Assembly (NCBI GenBank): GCA_964035545.1
Contig: OZ037772.1
Span: forward strand, 13,284,986-13,348,985
DNA: 64,000 nt
Direction: 5' to 3'
Source of the DNA: Bugula neritina
Lineage: Eukaryota; Animalia; Bryozoa
In this document: piece after piece, positions 1 to 23,100 of the stretch
How positions within the stretch are numbered: the first letter of the stretch is position 1
How the letters are laid out: every line of letters begins with the position of its first letter
Position numbers and translations under genes: made by a program
The notes under the pieces: model-generated
Told to the model about the DNA's origin: nothing
Databases searched by the model: none
What the model saw: only the letters and a program-made list of their open reading frames with translations

Positions 1-194
1 CTCACTACAGTCACTATTATTACCTGCTAATATTATTATATCTACTTACATATCTTAATATTTTTATTGGTACCTACTACTATGAGACTGTAGAACACCC
101 AGAATATAAACTAAATAGATTCTTTGAATTTGGTGTGTCATTGATGTTACTCTTAGACTTTATAGTAGATATGAGTAAATACCTAGCAGTATCA

Positions 195-304
195 TGAGTA
201 AGTGTACCATAAGTGTTTCAGTAGGTACAAGTGTAAGTGTACCATGTTTCAGTAGATACAAGTGTAAGTGTACCATGTTACAGTAGATACAAGTGTAAGT
301 GTAC
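195..304. repeat. Intronic minisatellite, 31 bp
   Basis: GTAAGTGTACCATGTTTCAGTAGATACAAGT units. Confidence 0.85.
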
Positions 305-10274
<9,970 letters not shown>

Positions 10275-10446
10275 CTCTTATCTCTTTCTCTAAAAAATAT
10301 TCCTTATGCCAATTTGCAACTTAAAAAACCCTGCCTTCTACATATATTGCCATAAAACTTGATCTAAGTATGTATATATGAATATCTGTAATTATTGTGA
10401 AACAACTGCTTAATTTTATAAACAGCTTAGAAGTGTTTACTACTTG

Positions 10447-10840
10447 TATATAGTTTAGACAGGACTGCTATTTATATATAGTTTAGACAGGACTGCTATT
10501 TATAGATAGTTTAGACAGAACTGCTATTTATAGATAGTTTAGACAGGGCTGCTATTTATAGATAGTTTAGACAGGGCTGCTATTTATAGATAGTTTAGAC
10601 AGAACTGCTATTTATATATAGTTTAGACAGAACTGCTATTTATATATAGTTTAGACAGGACTGCTATTTATATATAGTTTAGACAGAACTGCTATTTATA
10701 TATAGTTTAGACAGAACTGCTATTTATATATAGTTTAGACAGAACTGCTATTTATATATAGTTTAGACAGAACTGCTATTTATATATAGTTTAGACAGAA
10801 CTGCTATTTATATATAGTTTAGACAGAACTGCTATTTATA
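10447..10840. repeat. Minisatellite, 28 bp
   Basis: TAGTTTAGACAGAACTGCTATTTATATA units. Confidence 0.95.
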
Positions 10841-11134
10841 CAATGATGTAGAGGTATCTGCTTACCTTAGGGTCTATATTTGACTGTATCAGGGGGCTAT
10901 GAAGTTGTCTCATAACCTGCTAAAAGGAGACAGCAGCTTCTGTGAATTCGATGCGTGAACTAAGCCTTGTCCAATGGTCAAACCTCTTATATGCTTGACT
11001 TATTGTCTGTAGCCAAACACGCACTACCAACAAAGATATAAAAAGTGGAGGGAGATGGCTTCATGCCAGCCTTACCAACTCCAACCGATGAAATTGGAGT
11101 TGGTAAGCAAACTTTTTCCACATGTCCTCACCAG

Positions 11135-12467
11135 CAAGGTCACAGCAAGGTCACACAACACAGTATGGTCAAATCAAGGTCACACAGCACATTAAGGTCA
11201 CACAGCAAGATCACACAGCACAGTAAGGTCACACAGCACATTAAGGTCACACAGTAAGGTCACACAGCACAGTAAGGTCACACAGCACAGCAAGGTCACA
11301 CAGCACAGTAAGGTCACACAGCACAGCAAGGTCAAATCAAGGTCACACAGCACAGTAAGGTCACACAGTAAGGTCACACAGTAAGGTCACACAGCACAGT
11401 AAGGTCACACAGCACAGCAAGGTCACACAGCACAGTAAGGTCACACAGCACAGTAAGGTCACACAGCACAGTAAGGTCACACAGCACAGTAAGGTCAAAT
11501 CAAGGTCACACAGCACATTAAGGTCACACAGTAAGGTCACACAGCAAGATCACACAGCACAGTAAGGTCACACAGCACATTAAGGTCACACAGCACAGTA
11601 AGGTCACACAGTAAGGTCCCACAGCACAGTAAGGTCACACAGCACAGTAAGGTCACACAGCACAGTAAGGTCACACAGCACAGCAAGGTCAAATCAAGGT
11701 CACACAGCACATTAAGGTCACACAGTAAGGTCACACAGCAAGATCACACAGCACAGTAAGGTCACACAGCACATTAAGGTCACACAGTAAGGTTACACAG
11801 TAAGGTCACACAGCACAGTAAGGTCACACAGCACAGTAAGGTCACACAGCACAGTAAGGTCACACAGCACAGTAAGGTCACACAGCACAGCAAGGTCACA
11901 CAGCACAGCAAGGTCACACAGCACAGTAAGGTCACACAGTAAGGTCACACAGCACAGTAAGGTCACACAGTAAGGTCACACAGCACAGTAAGGTCACACA
12001 GCACAGTAAGGTTACACAGTAAGGTCACACAGCACATTAAGGTCACACAGTAAGGTCACACAGCACAGCAAGGTCACACAGCACAGTAAGGTCACACAGC
12101 ACAGTAAGGTCACACAGCACAGCAAGGTCACACAGCACAGCAAGGTCACACAGCACAGTAAGGTCACACAGTAAGGTCACACAGCACAGTAAGGTCACAC
12201 AGTAAGGTCACACAGCACAGTAAGGTCACACAGCACAGTAAGGTTACACAGTAAGGTCACACAGCACAGTAAGGTCACACAGTAAAGTCACACAGCACAG
12301 TAAGGTCACACAGCACAGTAAGGTTACACAGTAAGGTCACACAGTAAGGTCACACAGTAAGGTCACACAGTAAGGTCACACAGTAAGGTCACACAGTAAG
12401 GTCACACAGTAAGGTCACACAGCACAGCAAGGTTACACAGTAAGGTCACACAGTAAGGTCACACAGA
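11135..12467. repeat. Minisatellite, 13/18 bp, with an AAGGTCA core
   Basis: AAGGTCACACAGCACAGT and AAGGTCACACAGT units. Confidence 0.95.
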
Positions 12468-12928
12468 ATATTACACTGCAATTTGCTGAACAAGTAAAAC
12501 AATTGAAGTGTGAGATCTGTTTATAGGGATTTAGTACACTTTAAGGTATTATAATATAATATAATATAATATGAGAATTATACAATATAATATAACATAA
12601 GAATAATATAATATAACACAAGAATGATATAATAGAACATAAGAATAATATAATATAACACAAGAATGATATAATAGAACATAAGAATAATATAATATAA
12701 CATAAGAATAACACAATATGATAGTAATTTACTATAAGTTGTCTGGCCTAGCATTGAGTTATGCCAAGTATTCATTATTCAATATACACAGTCATAGTTT
12801 TCTCCTCAATCATCTTCTGAATGACTTCCGTAGAATTAAGCTCCACTCAACCATTTTACAGCTTTTTGTCTTAACAATAAACTCTGAGATTCTTCTTACC
12901 AATAACTAGACCATTAGGTCATGTTTAT

Positions 12929-12942
12929 GTTTCCATGGCAAC
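12929..12942. promoter_or_regulatory. RFX X-box
   Basis: GTTTCCATGGCAAC matches the GTTNCCATGGNAAC consensus. A minus-strand G|GTAAG donor lies ~30 bp away at 12899. Confidence 0.4.
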
Positions 12943-13349
12943 ACTCCATACACACTGGATTGATCTTAGTTGACCAGGATGGTATATAATCCTGTTATAA
13001 ACCAGAGTTAAGGTATCAGCTATTGAATGGCTAACAAGGTCTCAACTCATTGAACTTGGTTGAAATCTAATAGGACATGGAATAGTTAATGGGAGGTGGA
13101 AGGCTTTCCTTATTATACTTCCAGCCCTTTTCACCTTGAGGAATAATTAATATTTCATTTAATAAGAAGTTAGCTAGATCAACCTCTATGAACGCAAAAT
13201 CTCAACAGGGGCAGGCAACTTCCTGTTGAATTACTCAAGCAAGGAAAGCATTTCTAGGAAATAATTTATTATTTAAAGCTTCTTATAACTTAGTTATTCA
13301 CCTCAACCCCTTGTCAGACTATTTATTAGTAGGCCTATGCAATGGATAG

Positions 13350-13578
13350 TAGTACAGTGTGTAGTACACAGTGAGTAGTATACAGTGAGTAGTACACAGT
13401 GAGTAGTATACAGTGAGTAGTACACAGTGAGTAGTATACAGTGAGTAGTACACAGTGAGTAGTACACAGTGAGTATATACAGTGAGTAGTACACAGTGAG
13501 TAGTATACAGTGAGTAGTACACAGTGAGTAGTACACAGTGAGTAGTATACAGTGAGTATATACAGTGAGTAGTACACA
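13350..13578. repeat. Minisatellite, 14 bp
   Basis: TAYACAGTGAGTAG units. Confidence 0.9.
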
Positions 13579-13749
13579 AAGAGTATATTGAGTGGTACAG
13601 TAGTACTGAGACATATTATTTAGCATGCTGTGAGCACTTTTAGAGGAGGTGAAAGGAAGTGTAGGATTGAGATGTTAGGCTTTTTGCGGCTGAGTGAGGG
13701 TGCCAATGAGAATAAATTAGGAAGAGGTGACAATGTCACAACCAGGATG

Positions 13750-14332
13750 CAGTCCCTCTTAGTAACCTCCAGATATGCTGCCCCTCTTAGTAACCTCCAG
13801 ATATGCTGCCCCTCTTAGTAACCTCCAGATATGCTGCCCCTCTTAGTAACCTCCAGATATGCAGCCCCTCTTAGTAACCTCCAGATATGCTGCCCCTCTT
13901 AGTAACCTCCAGATATGCTGCCCCTCTTAGTAACCTCCAGATATGCTGCCCCTCTTAGTAACCTCCAGATATGCTGTCCCTCTTAGTAACCTCCAGATAT
14001 GCTGCCCCTCTTAGTAACCTCCAGATATGCTGCCCCTCTTAGTAACCTTCAGATATGCTCTTAGTAACCTCCAGATATGCTGCCCCTCTTAGTAACCTCC
14101 AGATATGCTGCCCCTCTTAGTAACCTCCAGATATGCTGTCCCTCTTAGTAACCTCCAGATATGCTGCCCCTCTTAGTAACCTCCAGATATGCTCTTAGTA
14201 ACCTCCAGATATGCTGCCCCTCTTAGTAACCTCCAGATATGCTGCCCCTCTTAGTAACCTCCAGATATGCTGCCCCTCTTAGTAACCTCCGGATAAGCAG
14301 CCCCTCTTAGTAACCTCCAGATATGCTGCCCT
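13750..14332. repeat. Minisatellite, 28 bp
   Basis: CTCTTAGTAACCTCCAGATATGCTGCCC units. Confidence 0.95.
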
Positions 14333-14782
14333 TCAGTTGCTCATAGTTAAGAATGCTCACCAGCCCAGCTGTGCCAGTAACATGAATCGCGAGGCAATGT
14401 ACTTATAAAGCCTACCAATAGTATGTATATATATACACAAACCTGCATGCATACCAATACACTACTTATACCTACATATACTTATACCTACCTATACATA
14501 TACATACCTATACATATACATACCTATACATATACCTATACCTACCTATACATATACATACCTATACATATACCTGCCTATACATATACCTATACATACC
14601 TATACCTATACCGACATATATACATACCTATACCTATGTATATTATTGTTTAGCCTAAAGAGCTGAGTCGTACCTCTCAACTCTCAGATTCAAGTCAGTC
14701 AAGATGCAGGTCTCCTCTGCTACTCTATACCAACTAAAATTTGCTCTTTCCTTTTGCAGTCTACTGTTCACTAATTACAGGC

Positions 14783-14845
14783 TTTGCGTAACTGGGGCGT
14801 AGCATAATTTCATGTCTGTAACTTGCGCATGCGCCATGACATCAG
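14783..14845. promoter_or_regulatory. Candidate FATP promoter with an NRF1-type site
   Basis: TGCGCATGCGC at 14824-14834, with TTGCGTAA, GGGGCG and TGACATCA in a locally CpG-rich patch. Confidence 0.45.
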
Positions 14846-15135
14846 TCCCAGTATCTGTATACTTCCTTGTCTGTATATACGATACTGAAGCGCAGGTAAT
14901 ATACAGTCTCTCACAGGTCTATACTCTTACCTGCAGCTCACCGCACTCATCATGTTATACACTTGGAATTTATTTCTAGGTTTGTTTTTCTGAGCCAGTA
15001 TTGACTGGTTTACTTAATTTGTTTTTAAATTTGTAGTAGTTTGTTTGTGAGACGAGGTTTGAGGTTTGTGGTGAACGTGTCAAATTCTGGTACGTCAACA
15101 TTTATAAACTACTTGACGTACACTTGCATTGCTAA

Positions 15136-15436
15136 CCCCCTATTCACACTTACCGTATCGTACGCCGTAACAGCAAATATCAGCCATTTTTACAAATGTT
15201 TGAGCTTCCTGTACGGTGTTGCGGTACGGTAGGATCAAGCACTGCTTGATTCAAATAAGTTGCGGCGGACTCCTATTGGACAGAAAAACTTTTGCGTTAA
15301 TTAATTGGATATAATTGTCCAATGAAGTGTCATAGATTGTACCTAATAGCGGACTTTGAAAACTTCAGCCCGGACACATTAAAAATGGCTGATATTTGCT
15401 GTTACGGCGTACGATACGGTAAGTGTGAATAGGGGG
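15136..15436. mobile_element. 301 bp MITE, PIF/Harbinger (Tourist)-like
   Basis: Perfect 57 bp TIRs (15136-15192 and 15380-15436) with a TAA duplication on both sides. Confidence 0.88.
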
Positions 15437-15977
15437 TAAACCTGCAGCGTGTATAGGTCACATGGAAAGACAAAGTATATATACTGAGCTTTACTCACAC
15501 ATATATTATATACATACTTGTACAACATTCTTGTGTTCATATTATATGCACTGCCTCATATGCAATAAGAAATATTGCATGTACATTAATAAGCATCATT
15601 CAGCTAATAGTATTTTCATAAATAGTGATTATATTAAAATGAAATTCTATGTTATTGATGCCTTAGTTTACATAACGGTTCACAACTTGCACATGCAATA
15701 TGTCATGCAAACATGTTAATTAATAATGTATGAATTTGTGGAATGACCTCAGCTGATGAAAGGTGTTAACTAAAGAATGTTAACTTCTGAAGTTGCTTCA
15801 ACCGCAAAAAATTGAAGCCTCATTGTTTTTAAGAAAACTTAATGCTTTGAATTTATTAAAGCAAACAAATTAAATTTTAAGAATTTAGTGTATAACTACT
15901 TGGCAGTGTTTGTTGATTCAGAATCAATACTTGGGTTGTGTTTTCTCATAGAGTAGATGTTTGATGTGCTGCCTGTG

Positions 15978-18900
15978 TCAAATTCCATGAACTTCTACTT
16001 CATACAGGTTTAAGGCTGTCACACCACGCAACAGCAGTTGAACAAACTGACCCCTGATTGGCTGTTCACATTGTATGCTGGTGTTGTATTGGTTAAGAGA
16101 GCCGTGGAAGTAGGCACACAGAACTTCTCTGTTGGATCCAGTGAACTCCAAACTCTCTTCAGACAATGCTGCCGTCACTTCCATGTCTTTTGTCCTCCTC
16201 CACAGGCTGTCATCATAATCTGTAATTCACCTTCCTAATTATATTATACTGACTATATTATTAGTATACAACCTAACTGACTATATTATTAGTATACAAC
16301 CTAACTGACTATATTATTAGTACACAACCTTACTGGCTATATTATTAGTGTATTATATATTTTATTATATGGTATATTATATTTACCAGCAAGACACCTG
16401 TTGAGCACTGTCACACCTAGGATACAGTAGACATGCTCCAAGTCCACTCTCCACCAGGGTCTATCCTCTGCATTGGTGTGTGCCATGGAGAAACCGTCAT
16501 GTGGAGGCATATATATGCCATCATTAGCATTTGATGCAGCAAATAATGCATCAAACGTGGAGGATTGTCTTGATGGTTTATCTAGTGGCAACAAGACAGT
16601 ATATTTACATGTATATAATACAGAGTATTTGCCCCTGGTTATATATCACAGTGTGTTTACTCCTGGTTATATATCACAGTGTATTTACCCCTGGTTATAT
16701 ATTACAGTGTATCCACCCCTGGTTATATATCACAGTGTATCCACCCCTGGTTATATATCACAGTGTAGCCACCCCTGGTTATATATTACAGTGTATTTAC
16801 CCCTGGTTATATATCACAGTGTATCCACCCCTGGTTATATATTACAGTGTGTTTACTCCTGGTTATATATTACAGTGTAGCCACCCCTGGTTATATATTA
16901 CAGTGTATCCACCCCTGGTTATATATCACAGTGTAGCCACCCCTGGTTATATATTACAGTGTATTTACCCCTGGTTATATATCACAGTGTATCCACCCCT
17001 GGTTATATATTACAGTGTATCCACCCCTGGTTATATATCACACTGCATTTACCCCTAGTTATATATTACAGTGTATCCACCCCTGGTTATATATTACAGT
17101 GTATTTACCCCTGGTTATATATCACAGTGTATCCACCCCTGGTTATATATCACAGTGTATCCACCCCTGGTTATATATCACAGTGTATTTACTCCTGGTT
17201 ATATATTACAGTGTATCCACCCCTGGTTATATATTACAGTGTATTTACCCCTGGTTATATATTACAGTGTATCCACCCCTGGTTATATATTACAGTGTAT
17301 ATACTCCTGGTTATATAATACAGTGTATTTACTCCTGGTTATATATTACAGTGTATCCACCTCTGGTTATATATTACAGTGTATTCACCCCTGGTTATAT
17401 ATTACAGTGTATCCACCCCTGGTTATATATTCACTTGAAATGTATTCTCACCTTTAGCCAGGAGGGTGTTTACAGAGATGGAACTCTTGAAGTAATGCTT
17501 TGACAGGTCGGAGTTGTGGTCACTTGAGACTTTAGGGTTCTGGCACTGTGACGTAATGCAAGTGTCAGATTGTAGATTAGCCACAAACCACAGACATGTA
17601 CTATTTCTTGCACATGTTATGGCACACTGACTCAGGGAGTGTAGAGTGAGCTCTCCGTTGGGTAAGTTTACCTTGTTGTCATGGTTACTAAGTGTAAACA
17701 TCTCCTGGTGGTGTAAGGATACCACGGCGGATACCAGCAGTTGAACCAGAAAAGTTGCTGAATCAACAGCAGAACAATGGCATAGCATAGTGTAATATAT
17801 AGCATAGTGTAATATAGTGTAGTGTAATATAGTATAGTATAATATAGTATAGTGTAATATAGCATAGTGTAATATAGTATAGTGTAGTGTAATATAGCAT
17901 AGTGTAATATAGTGTAGTGTAATATAGCATAGTGTAATATAGCATAGTGTAATATAGCATAGTGTAATATAGTGTAGTGTAATATAGTGTAGTGTAATAT
18001 AGCATAGTATAATATAGTATAGTGTAATATAGCATAGTGTAATATAGCATAGTGTAATATAGCATAGTGTAATATAGTGTAGTGTAATATAGCATAGTAT
18101 AATATAGTGTAGTGTAATATAGCATAGTATAATATAGTATAGTGTAATATAGCATAGTATAATATAGTATAGTGTAATATAGTGTAGTGTAATATAGTGT
18201 AGTGTAATATAGTGTAGTGTAATATAGTGTAGTGTAATATAGTGTAGTATAATATAGTATAATATAATATAGTGTAGTGTAATATAGTGTAGTGTAATAT
18301 AGTGTAGTGTAATATAGTGTAGTATAATATAGTATAATATAATATAGTGTAGTGTAATATAGTGTAGTGTAATATAGTGTAGTATAATATAGTATAATAT
18401 AATATAGTGTAGTATAATATAGTATAGTGTAATATAGTATAGTGTAATATAGTATAGTGTAATATAGTATAGTGTAATATAGCATAGTGTAATATAGTGT
18501 AGTGTATTATAGTGTAGTGTAATATAGTGTAGTGTAATATAGCATAGTATAATATAGTATAGTGTAATATAGCATAGTGTAATATAGTGTAGTGTAATAT
18601 AGTGTAGTGTAATATAGTGTAGTGTAATATAGTGTAGTGTAATATAGTGTAGTATAATATAGTATAATATAATATAGTGTAGTGTAATATAGTATAGTGT
18701 AATATAGTATAGTGTAATATAGTATAGTGTAATATAGCATAGTGTAATATAGTGTAGTGTATTATAGTGTAGTGTAATATAGTGTAGTGTAATATAGCAT
18801 AGTATAATATAGTATAGTGTAATATAGCATAGTGTAATATAGTATAGTGTAATATAGTGTAATTTAGTGTAATATAGTGTAGTGTAATATAGTGTAATAT

Positions 18901-19044
18901 AGTATAGTGTAATATAGTGTAATTTAGTGTAATATAGTGTAGTGTAATATAGTGTAATATAGTATAGTGTAATATAGTGTAATTTAGTGTAATATAGTGT
19001 AGTGTATTATAGTTTAGTGTGTTTGAAAACTTACGGTAGGGCAT
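15978..19044 (-). CDS. Secreted PAN/Apple-like + F-type lectin (fucolectin) domain protein, 250 aa. Exons: 19035-19044, 17452-17757, 16387-16581, 15978-16219
   Basis: Signal peptide MPYPTFLVQLLVSAVVS. PAN-like SLSQCAITCARNSTC...C. F-type lectin motifs LAKDKPSRQSST, ASNANDG, AHT-x-PWWRVDL, H-X26-R, IRGQFVQ and LNLYEVEVHG*. All junctions are in phase. Confidence 0.88.
16630..17430. repeat. Intronic minisatellite, 28 bp
   Basis: CCCTGGTTATATATTACAGTGTATCCAC units. Confidence 0.95.
17780..19015. repeat. Intronic minisatellite, 15 bp (5-mer based)
   Basis: TAGTGTAATATAGCA and TAGTG variants. Confidence 0.95.
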
Positions 19045-19291
19045 CGTATGAGTCTCAGTGTATACTGTGTTACACTGTAGAATTCTATAGTGTAGTGTAT
19101 GTAGTATACTGTAGTGTGGTATAGTGTGCTGTAGTACAGTGTTTAGTGCGGTGTAGTGTAGCTAGTGTTTCACTTATATGGTGTCTCAGCTCAATTTAAT
19201 GTTATTGATTTGACAAACATGAGTTTTGCTATTGGCTTGTGATGCTAATATGAACAACTAAAATTAGCAACATTATGACTATTATATATTG

Positions 19292-19970
19292 ACAGAGTTG
19301 TGATACTACTATACAGAGTTATGATAATATTATACAGAGTTATGATAATACTATACAGAGTTATGATAATATTATACAGAGTTATGATAATACTATACAG
19401 AGTTATGATAATATTATACAGAGTTATGATAATATTATACAGAGTTATGATAATACTATACAGAGTTATGATAATACTATACAGAGTTATGATAATACTA
19501 TACAGAGTTATGATACTATTATACAGAGTTATGATAATATTATACAGAGTTATGATAATACTATACAGAGTTATGATAATATTATACAGAGTTATGATAA
19601 TACTATACAGAGTTATGATAATACTATACAGAGTTATGATAATACTATACAGAGTTATGATGATACTATACAGAGTTATGATAATATTATACAGAGTTAT
19701 GATAATACTATACAGAGTTATGATAATACTATACAGAGTTATGATGATACTATACAGAGTTATGATACTACTATACAGAGTTATGATACTATTATACAGA
19801 GTTATGATACTATTATACAGAGTTATGATAATACTATACAGAGTTATGATAATACTATACAGAGTTATGATAATACTATACAGAGTTATGATAATACTAT
19901 ACAGAGTTATGATACTATTATACAGAGTTATGATACTATTATACAGAGTTATGATAATATTATACAGAGA
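19292..19970. repeat. Intergenic minisatellite, 21 bp
   Basis: ATACTATACAGAGTTATGATA units. Confidence 0.95.
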
Positions 19971-20106
19971 TGTAATAACAATCAATAACGTCATGCTATA
20001 ACGTAGCCTCATGCACAGAGTTATCTTCATATCACACTAGGAGATGAATGTTAGTTTGTACAGGAAGTAAGGGTGTTCTGAGAAATGATTTCATCTGCAA
20101 GTAGAA

Positions 20107-23100
20107 ATGTCTGTCAGCCAGAAAGTGGATGACCATTCTTATGAAGTTTTAAGGTTTTCTGATAACAAAGTATCATCTGAGAGAAATTTCACTCAATCAA
20201 TTCTCAACTCTGTTAGAAGATTAACTCAGTCAGTAAGACAATCTTTCAACGAGGCCTACAGTAGGGGCTGCAGTGGAGCCTACAGCAGGGGCTGCAGTGA
20301 GGCCTACAACAGGAGCTGTAAGTGCAGGGAGGCTTACAACGAGGTTGGCGACGAAGTCTACAGCAAGCTCTGTAAGTGCCAGGAGGACTGCAAGTCTCAA
20401 GAGGTCGACAGCGAGGTCGGCAGTGAGGTCAACAGCGAGGTTGGCAGCAAGGTCGACAGCGATATTTGTAAGTGCCAGGAGAGCTGCAAGTGTAACAAAG
20501 TTGACAACGAGGCTTGTCAGTGCGAAGAGGCCTACAGCAAGGTTTACAGCCAAGGCTGTAGTCAAGGCTGTCACAAGCTATACAGCAAGGCCTATAACGA
20601 GGTCTACAGCAAGGCATACAACGAGGTCTACAGCAAGGCATACAAGTACAGTGAGATCTACACTGAGGCCTGTAAAAGCGGCTGCAGTCGGGCATACAAC
20701 AAGGTTTTCAACAAAGTCTTTAACGCACCATCTCCTCCTCACCAGTCCGACAGAGAGAGTGATGCATCCCATGCTTCCTCTGAAACATATGTGCTGACAT
20801 TCTCTACCAAACAGAAATCCTTTGCAACTATATTTGTGGTGGTTATGATATTCTTCATTATCCTAGTCGCTACTCTATTCACATCTCCCAGGTTGGCTGG
20901 AGCAACAGTTACCACTCCACCCATCACTCGTCTAGATTCAACAACGTCACTCTCACTTCCAGGTCAATAACTCAACCGCGACTCAACTCTCGTTCCTTAG
21001 TTTCAAATTTAACAAGTTTATATTATAAATAATGTCATTGATTCATTGGAATACCATGCCCCATGCATGATGTCTATTGTGGCATGAGATTATTGTAATG
21101 TAATCGTAATGTCGATGTTAATGTAGATATTATTGTTATATAATAACAATAACAATAACATCTACATATATAACAATAACATCTATAACAATAACATCTA
21201 CATATTATGTAGATGTTATTGTTATAGATGTTATTGTTATATATGTAGATGTTATTGTTATTGTTATAGATGTGCATGTAAATATTGTTATAGATGAAGA
21301 TGTTGTTTTTATAGATGTAGATAAATTTAAACTAGAAATCCCGCTTACTAGGGTTTCACACCCCAGTGATCGCTATCACCCAAAAGCTTTTATCCAGAAG
21401 GGTCCAATCAAAGGGTCTGGTTTAGGAATGTACTTAGCCAATGGCACAGAAGTTTACATTGTGACCGATGACACGCCCCCTAGTTACCAGCATCTCACAG
21501 GTTACTATGGCATTCTAAACGTATTCTATTATATATATTATATATATGCTATACCGCATAGGCATGTAGTAGGCTATATATATATATACATATATATAGG
21601 CATGTAGTAGGCTATATATATATATACATACATAGGCATGTAGTAGGCTATATATATATATATACATACACAGGCATGTAGTAGGCTATATATATACATA
21701 CATAGGCATGTAGTAGGCTATATATATATATATATATACGCATGTAGTAGGCTATATATATACATACATAGGCATGTAGTAGGCTATATATATATATATA
21801 TATATACGCATGTAGTAGGCTATATATATACATACATACGCATGTAGTAGGCTATATATATACATACATACGCATGTAGTAGGCTATATATATACATACA
21901 TACGCATGTAGTAGGCTATATATATACATACATACGCATGTAGTAGGCTATATATATACATACATACGCATGTAGTAGGCAGCACATATATTCATCAGGT
22001 CTAAAGGAACCAGGCTGGGTGAATGATGGTAAAAACTCTAAATTCTCACTGATATCTGGAATGGCAGTAAAACACGACGGCTCTGAGCTGTATATTAGTG
22101 ACACTCACAATGACGCAATACGCTTGTATATCGTAGAGTATTACAAGATGATAGACCTAGCTGCAGGCCATTATGACAGCGCACGTATGTATTACTATAA
22201 TAGTGTTATGTGAAACTACTATAATGTATATTATAATATGTATGTCATATCTAGCATAACAATACATTACTATTATGTATATCACGTATTACTATTATGT
22301 ATATCATGTATTACTACTATGTATAACACGTATTACTATATACTATGTATATGATGTATTACTACTATGTATATCATGTATTACTATTATGTATATCACG
22401 TATTACTACTATGTATATCACGTATTACTACTATGTATATCACGTATTACTACTATGTATATCACGTATTACTAGCCGGGTACCAATTCTATGTGCCAGA
22501 GTTGCTAAACCCATCACAGCTTGAGTTATACGACACGTCACTGTATGTGGTGACAGATAATATTGGTGTGGGTCAGAGTGTCCTGCAGCTGAACATCTAC
22601 ACAGGCTCGTGAGTTCAGTATTATAATGTATAACTATAGTAATATACTGTATAACTATAGTAATATACTGTATAACTATAGTATTATTATACTGTATAAC
22701 TATAGTATTATACTGTATAACTATAGTAATATACTGTATAACTATAGTAATATACTGTATAACTATAGTATTATACTGTATAACTATAGTAATATACTGT
22801 ATAACTATAGTAATATACTGTATAACTATAGTAGTATTATACTGTATAACTATAGTATTATTATACTGTATAACTATAGTATTATTATACTGTATAACTA
22901 TAATATTATACTGTATAACTATAGTATTATACTGTATAACTATAGTAATGTACTGTATAACTATAGTAATATTATACTGTATAACTATAGTATTATACTG
23001 TATAACTATAGTATTATACTGTATAACTATAGTAATATTATACTGTATAACTATAGTATTATTATACTGTATAACTATAATATTATACTGTATAACTATA

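Larger units (their letters stand above)
10866..14780 (-). other. Putative 5' UTR exons of the FATP gene (about 14674-14780, 13302-13334, 10866-10916)
   Basis: Short unique segments between minisatellites. The two internal ones have AG acceptors, and all three have donors (GTACG, GTGAA, GTAAG). A TTTTTTAG acceptor sits just before the ATG exon at 10290. No transcript evidence. Confidence 0.35.

Noticed and set aside
74-182. AG...GT-bounded segment as the next FATP exon
   Set aside because: The required frame hits a stop and the peptide shows no FATP similarity; the gene continues outside the window.
13750-14332. 28-37 bp repeats here and at 51525-51780 as CRISPR arrays
   Set aside because: There are no unique spacers or cas genes, and the context is eukaryotic.
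20230-20927. Alternative-frame and antisense ORFs over exon 1
   Set aside because: Explained by the stop-poor 12 nt repeat; only the 20107 frame links to the TM segment and the downstream exons.
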